Source: [Phormidium] sp. ETS-05 (GTDB lineage Bacteria > Cyanobacteriota > Cyanobacteriia > Cyanobacteriales > Laspinemataceae). From it: a stretch of 64,000 nucleotides of DNA. The translations under genes and the position numbers were made by a program. Below are positions 38,490 to 48,830 of the stretch, one piece after another (position 1 is the first letter of the stretch; every line of letters starts with the position of its first letter). The stretch lies in NCBI RefSeq assembly GCF_016446395.1, contig NZ_CP051168.1:3685579-3749578 (forward strand). Direction: 5' to 3'. Under the pieces are notes generated by a model. The model was not told the DNA's origin, did not search any database, and was given only the letters and a program-made list of their open reading frames with translations.

Positions 38490-38575
38490 TGGTCATTTGT
38501 CTAAAGGTCACTTGTCCCTTGTCCCTTGTCCTTTGTCACTTGTATAATGACAAAGAACAAGGGACAAGTGACATA
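38490..38575. repeat. STRR heptamer palindrome
   Basis: gtcacttgtcccttgtcccttgtcctttgtcacttgtataatgacaaagaacaagggacaagtgacat. Confidence 0.8.
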
Positions 38576-38584
38576 TTCCTGACC

Positions 38585-39397
38585 TTAGTGGAAAACTCGG
38601 TGTTGGAGGGAGGGCATCTGACGCCGCACTTGTTCTAGGCGGTGGGGACTGATTTCGGCGATCGCCACCCCCGGTTTATCCCCAGCATCGGCCAAAATCG
38701 CGCCCCAAGGATCCACGATCACCGCATGTCCGTGGGACTGGCGGCGTCCGTAATGCTGCCCGGTTTGCGCTGGGGCGATGATATAACAGGTATTCTCGAT
38801 CGCCCGCGCTTGCAGCAAAACTTGCCAGTGGTCCTTCCCTGTATAAGCAGTAAACGCCGCTGGCACAAACAAGATTTCCGCCCCTTGCTGTGACAGATGT
38901 CGGTACAGTTCCGCAAACCTCACGTCATAACAAATTGACAGCCCCAAATTCCCCAACTGCTCTGAGAAATAAACTGGAGGTAGATCCTGCCCCGGTTCTA
39001 CAGTTGCAGATTCGTGATATGTATTGCCATCGGGCAGGTTCACATCAAACAAATGCACCTTGCAATAGCGAGCTAGTTCAGTCCCATTCGCATCCACCAG
39101 CAGCGCCGTATTGTAAACTTTGCCCGAGCTGGCGGGGACCGGAAAGCCACCACCAAGGATTGTCACCTGAAACCGCTGCGCCATTGTTGTGAGAAAGGTC
39201 ACGCTGGCTGCAGCGATTTTCTGTGCTTGCGCCACCTTCTCTTCTTCCGCTCCCAGAAACGAGAAATTTTCTGGCAAGCATACCAACTCGGCTCCCTGGC
39301 GAACCGCTAAGTCGATCAGTTCTTCCGCCTCGGTTAAGTTTTTTTCCAGGTCGGGCACGCTCGTCATTTGGATGGCAGCCGCTAGATACGATTTCAT
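38585..39397 (-). CDS. carbon-nitrogen hydrolase family protein (nitrilase/amidase superfamily)
   Basis: MKSYLAAAIQM..., the catalytic LPENF (Glu), a Lys region, and Cys in ...SICYDVRFAELYR. 270 aa. Confidence 0.85.
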   Translation of the reverse strand: MKSYLAAAIQMTSVPDLEKNLTEAEELIDLAVRQGAELVCLPENFSFLGAEEEKVAQAQKIAAASVTFLTTMAQRFQVTILGGGFPVPASSGKVYNTALLVDANGTELARYCKVHLFDVNLPDGNTYHESATVEPGQDLPPVYFSEQLGNLGLSICYDVRFAELYRHLSQQGAEILFVPAAFTAYTGKDHWQVLLQARAIENTCYIIAPAQTGQHYGRRQSHGHAVIVDPWGAILADAGDKPGVAIAEISPHRLEQVRRQMPSLQHRVFH

Positions 39398-39583
39398 CGA
39401 TATAACTCAACAGCCTCTTATATCAATATTGCTTATCTCTATTGTCTCTGAATTACGATCTGTAGCGCAACCCTCCCGTTTAGGTTGCAGCCAGACTCTC
39501 CCCATTGGGGGTGTGGGGAAAAAATCTTCTCTCCCCCCCTTGTCAGTATCTGTCGGGTTATGCTATATTTGTTTCATTAGCTA

Positions 39584-39657
39584 CGGGATGTAGCGCAGCT
39601 TGGTAGCGCGCCTGCTTTGGGAGCAGGATGTCGCAGGTTCAAATCCTGTCATCCCGA
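39584..39657 (+). tRNA. tRNA-Pro (anticodon UGG)
   Basis: A cloverleaf can be drawn: acceptor CGGGATG/CATCCCG, D-arm GCGC-AGCTTGGTA-GCGC, anticodon stem CCTGC/GCAGG with loop TTTGGGA (UGG at positions 34-36), T-arm GCAGG-TTCAAAT-CCTGT, discriminator A. CCA is not encoded. Confidence 0.85.
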
Positions 39658-40655
39658 TTTCGTCTATCCCTTGCCTAGCGTGACTTCGCAACCTTAGTCG
39701 TGACTGTGGCGTGCTTACTTTACTCATTTCTTACTCAACAGGGTAACACGTAATGGGTAGGGTGAGTAAGTTGCCGAGTAAGTTGTCCCCCATAAACACC
39801 AGCTACCTAACAATTGCCGATCGTCACATCAGCCCTGCAGATTAAAGCTCCACTCCAGATGCGAAACCATGAGGCAATCTGAAATCTAGCCTCGATCGCT
39901 ACCTCTTTCTTCCCCGATTCCATTGGCCACACCCCACCAGGGTGCGAAAATACTGCTAATATACTCTCATACTTCCCAAGGGAAGGGTTAGTTGGGACAA
40001 CAGGGCAACAGATGGGATAAGGCTAGATGAGGCATGGGGAAAGCATCGGCACTCGATATTTTAGGTTTGATGTCTTGGCGTTGCATCCCCCATAGCCTTC
40101 GTGGTAAAACGATTCGGGGCGAAGCATTTGCTTCGTGGCGTTACCAGCTTTTTCAGCCTGAAGCACTTACACCAATAACCGCTCAAGCAAAATTCCCTCT
40201 AGCCCACCTGCCAGATCCTTTGGAACACATGCCGTGAGACTTAAGTCCGGAGATCCAGAAACCAAGGACCCCCTGGAACCAAAGGGCAAAAAATTTTGGA
40301 CGCCCTGGAACCAGGGTTTTCCTGGCCAGAGGCAACCCTGGGTAAGAAAGCGGGTTTCATAGTGAGAGTCTCCGCCAGACGGTTCCTACCCAGGGCAACA
40401 AATCCTTAGCGTCACCCGGAGACGATGGCTACTACGAGAAAAAATCAATGCTTCGATCGGGAATCAGCCCGTCAGCCAATGATTCATTATGAATAACAGG
40501 AGTGGAAAACTCATATAGATGCTGGCCAGGAATAAAGATAAAGATTGGTTTATTGCTTGTAGGGCATCATTCATCTTTCTCGTTTCACTCAAATCTTGAT
40601 GCCGCCTTGTACCAAAGGACAAATGACAACAATTGTATCCACAGCAGGTATAATT

Positions 40656-41447
40656 ATGAAATCACTATTACGTTGGGGCGCTGTACTGGGCTTGATGGGC
40701 AGTGTGTTTGTGGGGATTTCGCCCAAAAACATGAAAGCTCTGGCACTGCCAGAGAACCAAATCATCCAAAAACTCAGCCAGATTCCCGTATTTACCATCA
40801 CCAACCAGCAGGGTTCTCCCCTGGTCGCTTCTATCTCTAATGGGAATCAAAATACTTCCGTAGCCGGAGTTTTTATCAGCAAAAAGGATGCAGATAATTT
40901 TATCCAAAAGCTGACGGAAACCAACCCGGAAATGGTGAACTCGGTGCAAGTCAGAACCGTTTCTCTGGCTGATGTTTACCAGATGGAAAGAGCTAATCCA
41001 GCCCAAGGTGCGCAGCAGCTCGCATTCGACTACGTACCGGTAAGGCAGCAAGTGGACTCAGCACTGGCAGTGCTGGAGGCCAACGGACAGCAAGTAGAAC
41101 AATTCAATGGTGTACCTCTGTTCTTGGCTACGGGGGGTCAAGGCAACGGATATTTAACGATTCAACAAGGTGAGCAGCAGGTAATTCCCCTGTTTTTTAA
41201 TAAGGAAGATTTACAGGGAATGTTAGACCGCTTGCGTCAGCAAGACCCGAACCTGGCTCAAACAGTTAACATTAAGGTGGTTAATCTCCGGGGACTAATC
41301 AAGTTGCTGCAAGAAAGCAATGATGAGCAATTGAATAAAATTGTGCTAATCCCGTCTCGAGAAACTATCGAATATTTGCAATCCCAGCAGCAACCCAACC
41401 GCAGCAATGGTCAGCAGTCGAACCCCACCAATGGTCAGGGGAACTAA
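40656..41447 (+). CDS. Tic22-like periplasmic protein (cyanobacterial homolog of the chloroplast import component Tic22)
   Basis: Signal peptide MKSLLRWGAVLGLMGSVFVGISP. Two internal repeats each with IPVFTITN..G.PL.....G......F....DA and VPLFLATG..G......G..VIPLFFNKEDL. Gln-rich C-terminus. Confidence 0.6.
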   Translation: MKSLLRWGAVLGLMGSVFVGISPKNMKALALPENQIIQKLSQIPVFTITNQQGSPLVASISNGNQNTSVAGVFISKKDADNFIQKLTETNPEMVNSVQVRTVSLADVYQMERANPAQGAQQLAFDYVPVRQQVDSALAVLEANGQQVEQFNGVPLFLATGGQGNGYLTIQQGEQQVIPLFFNKEDLQGMLDRLRQQDPNLAQTVNIKVVNLRGLIKLLQESNDEQLNKIVLIPSRETIEYLQSQQQPNRSNGQQSNPTNGQGN

Positions 41448-41482
41448 GGCAGTTCAGTGCTGATGGAGAGGATGGGAGATAA

Positions 41483-42355
41483 ATGGCGGTAGTTTCGGGT
41501 CAGGAACTGTGGCAGTGGCGTCAAGATGCGATCGCTGCCGCCTCACTGGCTGGGGTGCCCACGGAAGAAGTGGACTGGTTGCTGATGGCAGTAGCGGGCC
41601 TGGATAAGCTGGCGTTGCGCCTAGATTCATATCGTCCCCTATTGCACATCAGCATCCTCCTGCCTCTGGAGCAACTATCGCAACAGTGGCAGCAGCGCTT
41701 GCAGGACCATTTACCAGTGCAGTATATCGCGGGGATGGTGAGCTGGCGCCAGTTTTCCCTCGCTGTCAACCCCAGCGTTCTGATTCCCCGCCCCGAAACC
41801 GAATATCTCATCGACCTAGCAGTGGGGGCGAATCAGGAAGGGAATTGGGCGGATTTGGGGACCGGCAGTGGTTCGATCGCCATTGGTCTGGCAGCGGCTC
41901 TGCCTTCAGCCACAATTCATGCGGTTGATTGCTCCCCGGAAGCCTTGGCCACGGCGCGAGCCAATGCCGATCGTCTCGGCTTCGCCCACCGCATCCAATT
42001 CTACCTTGGTTCCTGGTTAGAACCCCTCTCCCCCCTCCAAGGTCAACTCAGCGGTATCGCTGCCAACCCGCCTTATATCCCTAGCGCGATGGTGCCACAA
42101 CTGCAGCCAGAAGTAGCCAAACATGAACCCCACCTCGCTCTTGATGGTGGTGTTGATGGGTTGGACTGTATCCGCCAGATTGTGAGCATTGCTCCAGCGT
42201 ACCTCCGACCAGGGGGAGTGTTACTCTTGGAAATGATGGCCGGTCAAGCGCCCGCCGTGACTGAACTGCTCCACCGCCAGGGCAACTACGGCCAAATCTC
42301 CATTCACTCTGACCTGGCGGGGATTGACAGGTTTGCCTGTGCTTATCGATTTTAG
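41483..42355 (+). CDS. prmC: peptide chain release factor N5-glutamine methyltransferase (PrmC/HemK)
   Basis: SAM motif DLGTGSGSIAIGLA and the catalytic NPPY (GIAANPPYIP). Confidence 0.85.
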   Translation: MAVVSGQELWQWRQDAIAAASLAGVPTEEVDWLLMAVAGLDKLALRLDSYRPLLHISILLPLEQLSQQWQQRLQDHLPVQYIAGMVSWRQFSLAVNPSVLIPRPETEYLIDLAVGANQEGNWADLGTGSGSIAIGLAAALPSATIHAVDCSPEALATARANADRLGFAHRIQFYLGSWLEPLSPLQGQLSGIAANPPYIPSAMVPQLQPEVAKHEPHLALDGGVDGLDCIRQIVSIAPAYLRPGGVLLLEMMAGQAPAVTELLHRQGNYGQISIHSDLAGIDRFACAYRF

Positions 42356-42398
42356 TTGATTCCTGCCCAATTCTGAAACTTCGCCTGAAACCTCGCCA

Positions 42399-42989
42399 AT
42401 GACTTTAGTTTCCGTTCCAGACCTGATTGCTGGTGCCCGGGCTGGCAAACTGGTCAGCTTTCCTACCGATACCGTACCAGCTTTAGCAGCGCGACCCGAT
42501 CGCGCTGATTTGATTTTTGCCGCCAAACAACGCTCCGAGGATAAACCCCTAATTTTGATGGCGGCAACCGCAGCGGACCTCTGGCCTTATGTCAGGGGCA
42601 CCCCGGAAATGTTGGCTGTATGGCAAAAAGTGGCGGCAAATTGCTGGCCAGGAGCCCTGACCCTAGTTTTACCCGCTGCCAGCGCTGTGCCAAGAGTGGT
42701 CAATCCCCAAACTCCTGATACTATAGGCATCCGGGTGCCAAACCACACGATCGCTCTAGAGATTCTGGCTCAAACTGGTCCGCTCGCCACCACCAGTGCC
42801 AACCATAGCGGTGAGCCCCCCTTGACGGTCATGGCTATGATAGATGGGAAATTTCCTGAAGTGTTGGTTTATCAAGGAGAAATGGACGCCCCAGCCTCGG
42901 GATTACCTTCCACTGTGGCGAAATGGATCGGTAATGGTTGGGATATCTTACGTCAGGGTGCTGTGGATAAACAAAAATTAGAGCGATAA
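42399..42989 (+). CDS. tsaC: L-threonylcarbamoyladenylate synthase (YrdC/TsaC/Sua5 family)
   Basis: YrdC fold motifs: ...VSFPTDTVPALAARPD..., ...IRVPNHTIALEIL... and TSANHSGEPP. Confidence 0.85.
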   Translation: MTLVSVPDLIAGARAGKLVSFPTDTVPALAARPDRADLIFAAKQRSEDKPLILMAATAADLWPYVRGTPEMLAVWQKVAANCWPGALTLVLPAASAVPRVVNPQTPDTIGIRVPNHTIALEILAQTGPLATTSANHSGEPPLTVMAMIDGKFPEVLVYQGEMDAPASGLPSTVAKWIGNGWDILRQGAVDKQKLER

Positions 42990-43048
42990 GATGAAATGTT
43001 TGGCCGCAGACTCTATGGCTATATGAGCCGAGTTTTCCGCCAAACTAG

Positions 43049-44089
43049 ATGATGATTGTTGATTTTGTGGGATATCCTGCGTTAATTATGGATTTGAGCA
43101 ACTGGGTAGCGCTGGCAGTTGGAATCGGAATGGGGCTGGGGAGCAGTTGGGTTCGGCGGCGTCCTCCTGTGGTCGCTCCCGCCACCATAGAAGTGCCACC
43201 GGTGACAGGGAATAGCTCAGAAGCCGAATCGAGCGATTCTGTGGTTGCTCCCGCCACCATAGAAGTGCCACCGGTGACAGGGAATAGCTCAGAAGCGGAA
43301 TTAATCCGGTCTTTAGAGGCTGAGCTGGCTCAAACCAGAGCCGCTTACTATCTGGCTAGCCAGATGAGTAAGTTCAAAGGGGGGTTTCTGGCGCGGGTGT
43401 CTCACGAGCTACGATCGCCCATTAATGGTCTGATTGGTTCTCATCAGTTAATTCTCTCGGACCTGTGCGACGACCCCGCTGAGGAGCGGGAAGTTTTGGC
43501 CCAAGCGAATCAATCAGCCATGAAAATGATTGATATGCTCGATCGGGTTCTGAATGTCGCCAGAACTGAGGATGGCAGAAACCCCATGAACATCCAAGCC
43601 TTATCCCTAGCGCAAATTTTCGAGGAAGTACATTACTTGACCGCGATGCAAGCGGCAAATCGTAACATTCCTCTCAACGTGATTGTGCCCCAACCCGATA
43701 TCTATGTCCTTGCTGATGAAGACTGGCTCAAACAGGTCCTGGTAAATCTTGTAGAAACCGGGATTACCCCTTTCGGCAATGAGGCTATTTCTGTGACTGC
43801 CCAAGGGGCGGCGGATGGACAAACTGCCTACATCACCATTGATGCCGAGTTTCCAGCAGAATTTAAGAGCGAACCCTTAGATTTGCTGCAAAAAGAACTG
43901 CCAAATGACCGCCTGGTGGAAAACAGCGAGCTGTCATTAGGTTTGACCATGCTGATGAACCAGACGGTTTTGGAACTGATGAAGGGAAGCCTAGAAATCC
44001 AAGGATCATTACCCGGAGAGGGGAGTGAGGCACTCAGTCGGATTCAATGCTTGCTCCCACTGGCGACCCCACAGCCGCCAGGGGACTGA
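43049..44089 (+). CDS. histidine-kinase-like protein with an intact HisKA phospho-acceptor motif but a degenerate ATP-binding domain (possible pseudokinase); contains an internal 72-bp tandem duplication
   Basis: H-box FLARVSHELRSPINGLIG. The region where N/G1/G2 boxes should be (QVLVNLVETGITPFGNEAISV...ITIDAEFPAEF...SLGLTML) has no DxGxG or GxGxG. Transmembrane helix near the N-terminus. The duplicated peptide VVAPATIEVPPVTGNSSEAE is encoded by 43169-43240 and 43241-43312. Confidence 0.5.
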   Translation: MMIVDFVGYPALIMDLSNWVALAVGIGMGLGSSWVRRRPPVVAPATIEVPPVTGNSSEAESSDSVVAPATIEVPPVTGNSSEAELIRSLEAELAQTRAAYYLASQMSKFKGGFLARVSHELRSPINGLIGSHQLILSDLCDDPAEEREVLAQANQSAMKMIDMLDRVLNVARTEDGRNPMNIQALSLAQIFEEVHYLTAMQAANRNIPLNVIVPQPDIYVLADEDWLKQVLVNLVETGITPFGNEAISVTAQGAADGQTAYITIDAEFPAEFKSEPLDLLQKELPNDRLVENSELSLGLTMLMNQTVLELMKGSLEIQGSLPGEGSEALSRIQCLLPLATPQPPGD

Positions 44090-44537
44090 ATTCTGGCTGG
44101 TTGTAAAGTACCATTGTGGTGCTGGGATTCTCCTCAAACCCGATGCGCTCGTAAAATTTCTGCTGATGGGTGGTCATCAAGTAAACTCTTTCAACTCGGC
44201 TCATGCGGGGGTGACTCAACACCGTTTCTACCATCTTGCGACCTAACCCCAAACCTTGATAATCTGGGTGAATGACTACATCCCAGATGCAGGCGCGATA
44301 CATTCCGTCTGAGGTGGCGCGAGCAAAACCAATCTGGCTTTTTCCATCCCAAACTGTTACCACCGGTTCGCTGTTGGCTATTGCCACTGCCAAGTCGTCA
44401 AAATCTCGCTCTCGCGCCCAAAAAGCTGCTATCTCAAACAGGGTTTTCAGTTGCTCCAGATCTACGTCTGATTTGCGATCGCAAAAGCGAATGTGACTGC
44501 AATCCATCTTTGTCCCTAGTCCTTTGTCCCTGGTCAT
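44034..44537 (-). CDS. GNAT family N-acetyltransferase (paralog of 29954-30481)
   Basis: ACIWDVVIHPDYQGLGLGRKMVETVL, compared with [26 protein letters not shown] in the other copy. Convergent with the HK-like gene, with a ~56-bp overlap. Confidence 0.8.
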   Translation of the reverse strand: MTRDKGLGTKMDCSHIRFCDRKSDVDLEQLKTLFEIAAFWARERDFDDLAVAIANSEPVVTVWDGKSQIGFARATSDGMYRACIWDVVIHPDYQGLGLGRKMVETVLSHPRMSRVERVYLMTTHQQKFYERIGFEENPSTTMVLYNQPEFSPLAAVGSPVGASIESD

Positions 44538-44912
44538 TTGTCCTTATTCATTTGTCAAAATGACAAATGCAAGCTCGGCTTGGTGCTGTGGTTATCCCCA
44601 CTCGCGACATCCCAGATATTATTGACGCCGTGGGCAGAGCGTGCAAATAGAACTGTTTTTATCGTGATTTAGTATTAAATATAACATTTTTTCCCGGTTC
44701 TGCAATATAATCTGATAGGTTTTACAAACTTTTTTATCTTGATTTCCTGACATTTTACTCCCCATTTGTGGTAGGGAGAATATTTATGATCAATGCTTTT
44801 ATATATGTGTAGGTTGGGCATGACCCACTATAATTGGTGTTTTCACGTATGTGAATCGGGTGGGCATTGCCCACCCGATCATTTTCTCCGGTGTGGGGAT
44901 GTGGGATAAAGC

Positions 44913-45914
44913 CTATTTCAGCAACCAACGAGCGGCATCTTTGGCGTGATAGGTGAGAATTAGGTCTGCCCCAGCACGCTTAAACCCAGTCAGGGTTTCC
45001 ATCACTACCCGCTCCTCGTCAATCCAACCGTTGAGAGCGGCTGCTTTAATCATAGAGTATTCGCCGGATACATTGTAAGCAGCCACGGGCAGGTTGGTGG
45101 CTTCTTTGACCCGCCAGATGATATCCATGTAAGCCAAGGCGGGTTTCACCATGAGCATATCGGCGCCTTCGGCGATGTCGAGGGAGATTTCTTTGAGGGC
45201 CTCGCGACCGTTGGCTGGGTCCATTTGGTAGGTGCGGCGATCGCCGAACTGTGGCGTTGACTCCGCCGCGTCCCGAAACGGACCGTAATAAGCCGAAGCA
45301 TACTTCGCCGCATAAGACAAAATCGGCGTGTCCGCAAATCCCGCTTCGTCTAAGCCCGATCGAATCGCCTGCACGAAACCATCCATCATTCCCGAAGGCG
45401 CAATGATATCCGCACCCGCTTTCGCTTGGGCTACCGCTGTTTTCTTCAGCAACTCCAAAGTGGGATCGTTAAGCACCCTCCCCGTCAGGTCCCCCACCTG
45501 CAAATAACCGCAGTGACCATGACTGGTGTACTCACATAAACAAGTATCCACCACCACAATCAAATCGGGCACCGCCTCTTTCACCGCCGTGGTAGCCTTT
45601 TGGACAATTCCGCAATCGTGCCAAGCTCCAGTAGCTTCCTCATCCTTACTATCGGGAATGCCAAACAAAATAATCGCCGGGATACCCAAGTCGTAAACTT
45701 CCTTGGCTTCTTCCACGATTTTATCTACCGATAGCTGGTAAACTCCCGGCATGGATTTTACCTCTTTCGCCACTGCCTCTCCCGGCACGGCAAACAGGGG
45801 GTAAATCAAATCGCTAGTGGTGAGAACGTTTTCGCGCACCATCCGACGCAGTTGGGGATGGGAGCGCAGGCGGCGCGGGCGATTAATGGGAAACATAGAT
45901 TTTTTCTTGGTCAA
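44913..45914 (-). CDS. hemB: porphobilinogen synthase (delta-aminolevulinic acid dehydratase)
   Basis: RPRRLR N-terminal motif, active-site Lys regions, and ...[11 protein letters not shown]... 333 aa. Confidence 0.9.
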   Translation of the reverse strand: MTKKKSMFPINRPRRLRSHPQLRRMVRENVLTTSDLIYPLFAVPGEAVAKEVKSMPGVYQLSVDKIVEEAKEVYDLGIPAIILFGIPDSKDEEATGAWHDCGIVQKATTAVKEAVPDLIVVVDTCLCEYTSHGHCGYLQVGDLTGRVLNDPTLELLKKTAVAQAKAGADIIAPSGMMDGFVQAIRSGLDEAGFADTPILSYAAKYASAYYGPFRDAAESTPQFGDRRTYQMDPANGREALKEISLDIAEGADMLMVKPALAYMDIIWRVKEATNLPVAAYNVSGEYSMIKAAALNGWIDEERVVMETLTGFKRAGADLILTYHAKDAARWLLK

Positions 45915-46112
45915 TCCTATTCCAACCAGTCTAAAACTTGGAGGGAACCTGGTTTGATTGTGCTTGACAATCTGTTACAATCGGCCCGTGAAAACCGAAA
46001 AAGGCACGCCCCCGGGGGCGTACCTGAAGCCAAAATCTCAGGCCAGAAACAGGTTTCTGGTGGTATTCGGGTTGTTTCGGCCTTTTGGGGATACCATGAG
46101 CGGAAGCCGCTT

Positions 46113-46373
46113 CTAGGCGGACACGGGGTAAACGCTCACCTTTTTCCGACTTTTATCCTTTCTTTCAAAGGTGACGACGCCATCGATGAGGGCGAACAGG
46201 GTATCATCTTTGCCGATACCGACATTGGCGCCGGGGTGAACTTTCGTCCCGCGCTGACGGATCAGGATATTGCCCGCTCTAACCACTTCACCGCCAAAGC
46301 GCTTGACGCCAAGGCGTTGGGCATTAGAATCGCGCCCGTTACGTGTACTACCAGTTCCTTTCTTATGAGCCAT
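46113..46373 (-). CDS. rpmA: 50S ribosomal protein L27
   Basis: [28 protein letters not shown]. Confidence 0.95.
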   Translation of the reverse strand: MAHKKGTGSTRNGRDSNAQRLGVKRFGGEVVRAGNILIRQRGTKVHPGANVGIGKDDTLFALIDGVVTFERKDKSRKKVSVYPVSA

Positions 46374-46374
46374 A

Positions 46375-46520
46375 ATTTTCCTTATTGGTCATTGGTCATT
46401 GGTCATTGGTTCAAGAGTCCTTTGTCCAAGAGTCCTTTGTCCTTTGTTCTTGGGTAGGGGCAATTCGCGAATCCCCCCTACAAAGGACTAGGGACTAGGG
46501 ACAAGTGACAAATGACAAGT
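46375..46520. repeat. STRR arrays (TTGGTCA x4, AGTCCTTTGTCC, GGACTAGG) flanking the palindrome TAGGGGCAATTCGCGAATCCCCCCTACA
   Basis: ttggtcattggtcattggtcattgg ... taggggcaattcgcgaatcccccctaca ... ggactagggactagggacaagtgacaaatgacaag. Confidence 0.85.
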
Positions 46521-46903
46521 TATTCTGCAGCCTCGGTGGTGGTGTCACCAGCAACGGTGGGCTCGCTACTTTGGCTTAGGACGCCACCGTTGAGGGTGAT
46601 GGATTCGATCGCCAGCCGCGTGATTTCCTGGCGGTGTCCCCGCTTTTTGCGAGTTTTCTTTTTGGGCTTCATCTTGTAAACGATGACTTTGCGGCCCCGG
46701 CGATGCTGTAGTACCCGCGCCTCGATCGTGGCTCCTTCTACAAAAGGCTGACCCACATGGACGCTACCATCATGGTTGACCAACAGGACTTTTTCGATGG
46801 TAATGGTTTCTTCTGGTTCGACGGGAAGCAACTCCACATCGTAAAAGCGACCGGACTCTACTCGCAGTTGCTTGCCGCCGGTTTCGATAATTGCGTAGGT
46901 CAT
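46520..46903 (-). CDS. rplU: 50S ribosomal protein L21
   Basis: [24 protein letters not shown]... Start at cat 46901-46903. The rplU-rpmA arrangement is conserved. Confidence 0.9.
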   Translation of the reverse strand: MTYAIIETGGKQLRVESGRFYDVELLPVEPEETITIEKVLLVNHDGSVHVGQPFVEGATIEARVLQHRRGRKVIVYKMKPKKKTRKKRGHRQEITRLAIESITLNGGVLSQSSEPTVAGDTTTEAAE

Positions 46904-47038
46904 AAAATTTCCGTGGTGGGTGCCGTAAGGGTAGCTGCTAAGAGCATTTGTCAAGTTTTCACCCGTTCCGAGCCCAAATAGACAGCCAAACTTTAATTAT
47001 AGTATGGCTGTCTCGTTGGTGTCAAGCCCGAGTTGGGT

Positions 47039-47368
47039 TTACGCTTCTGCCGCTACCGCTTCTGGCTTCGGTGGTGTGACATCCTGTTTGATGGTGAGGT
47101 AGCGGATGGTGTCATCCCCAAGGCGCATCATCCGTTCCAATGCAGCCACCAACTTACCCGGACCGGTGTAGTTCATCTGGATGTAGATGCCTTCGCGGTA
47201 TTTGCCAATCTCATAAGCAAGGCGGCGTTTACCGCGATGTTGGGTTTCGCTCACATCAGCGCCGTTTTCCCGGAGAAAGTTTTGATATTTGGCGATCGCC
47301 ACTTCCGTTTGCTCTTCTCCGAGGTCCGGGCGGAGAATGTACATGGTCTCGTAAACGAATTTCTTCAT
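47039..47368 (-). CDS. rpsF: 30S ribosomal protein S6
   Basis: [20 protein letters not shown]...[22 protein letters not shown]. Confidence 0.9.
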   Translation of the reverse strand: MKKFVYETMYILRPDLGEEQTEVAIAKYQNFLRENGADVSETQHRGKRRLAYEIGKYREGIYIQMNYTGPGKLVAALERMMRLGDDTIRYLTIKQDVTPPKPEAVAAEA

Positions 47369-47941
47369 AACTATTGCTCTCCTTATGGACTCTTGACCTC
47401 TTCTTAGCCTTGGTGGCGACCCTTGGGCGCCCTCGGTTGTCCGAGTCCCTTGGCGGCTGACCGGGACCAGAAGAAGTAAGGCGTGAAAATTTGGGCAATT
47501 AATACCCCATCATCAATTGATTCTATGCAAGAATATCCACAAAGTCACTAGGGTAATAAGTCAACCCGACAAAAAAGTAGCCCAACCAACCAAAACAGAT
47601 GGGAATCAGCACTAGAGCCATTCGGGTGGGGTTGAGCTGACCCTCAACCCCACCTAGGAGGCGCATAGGGTGGCTCGCGGTTTTAGAAACCCGGTTTCTT
47701 TACTTGCGCTTGCTGAGCTAGGGGGAGGGCATGTGGCTATTTCTAGGGTGCCGAGATTCGCTCCACACACATGATGACTGCGGCCTAATTAGGCCGAAAA
47801 TCTATCCCGGTAAAGCTGGCATTTCCTAATTCATATGAGGGTGGTCAGGCGAAAGCTCGGCGATCGCCGATGTAGAGGCTGACTTCCGGGTGGGAAAGGC
47901 TGGTTTCACCGTTAACCGAATCTTAAGGCAATTTCATAGTT

Positions 47942-48715
47942 ATGGCACAACGATACGTGAGAATTCAAACCCCAGAGGGACGAATCTACTACGGTTTACT
48001 GCAAGTCAGTGGCGACGTGCAGGTACTGGATGCACCACCTTGGCTGAAAGGGCAACCCACCGATCGCCAGCTTGAACCTGATGGTTACAAGGTTCTAGCC
48101 CCTTGCGTACCCTCGAAAATTGTGGCGGTGGGCAAGAATTACGCCCAGCATGCGGCGGAAATGGGCGGGCCTGTGCCACCAGAACCCCTGTTGTTTTTGA
48201 AACCACCCACCACTGTGATTGCGCCTGGGGACAACATCGCCTATCCTCCCCAGTCGGAAAGGGTTGATTATGAAGGGGAATTGGCCCTGGTGATTGGGGA
48301 CCGGTGCGCCGATATCGCTCCAGAGGAAGCCAACAGTAAAATCTGGGGTTACACTATTGCCAACGATGTCACCGCCAGGGATTTGCAGCAGCGAGATGGA
48401 CAATGGACTAGAGCCAAGGGATTTGATACTTTCTGCCCCCTCGGTCCCTGGATTGTGCGGGAGTTGAGCCCGGGGGCTCGGTTGCAAACTTTTGTGAACG
48501 ACAATCCCGAACCGGTGCAATCAGCTTTAATTTCTGAGATGGTGTTTTCCCCAGAGGTCCTGGTATCCTACATTTCTCAGGTAATGACCCTGCTGCCTGG
48601 AGATGTGGTGCTGACGGGGACCCCTTCTGGTATCGGTCCAGTACAGGTGGGCGATCGGGTGCGCGTGGAAATCGAAGGGATCGGCTATTTGGAGAACCAC
48701 GTAGGTAGGCGATAG
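47942..48715 (+). CDS. fumarylacetoacetate hydrolase (FAH) family protein
   Basis: KIVAVGKNYAQHAAEMG...DYEGELALVIG..., with the metal-binding E/E/D pattern typical of FAH-fold hydratases and isomerases. Confidence 0.85.
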   Translation: MAQRYVRIQTPEGRIYYGLLQVSGDVQVLDAPPWLKGQPTDRQLEPDGYKVLAPCVPSKIVAVGKNYAQHAAEMGGPVPPEPLLFLKPPTTVIAPGDNIAYPPQSERVDYEGELALVIGDRCADIAPEEANSKIWGYTIANDVTARDLQQRDGQWTRAKGFDTFCPLGPWIVRELSPGARLQTFVNDNPEPVQSALISEMVFSPEVLVSYISQVMTLLPGDVVLTGTPSGIGPVQVGDRVRVEIEGIGYLENHVGRR

Positions 48716-48719
48716 GGAC

Positions 48720-48830
48720 CATCAATGAAGGGAGCAAGGGGGCAAGGGAGCAAAGGGGGCAGGGGAGCAGGGGACTCCCCGTCCCCCGGTCTCCCCGTCT
48801 CCGTCTCCGTCTCCGTCTCCAATTCAACGA
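48720..48830. repeat. G-rich heptamer arrays (GGGAGCAAGGGGGCAAGGGAGC...) with the complementary CTCCCCGTCTCCGTCTCC arm (palindromic)
   Basis: Same family as 3440-3715 and 7236-7470. Confidence 0.8.

Noticed and set aside
45852-46457. 201-aa plus-strand ORF.
   Set aside because: It overlaps the hemB 5' end and is antisense to rpmA. No motifs.
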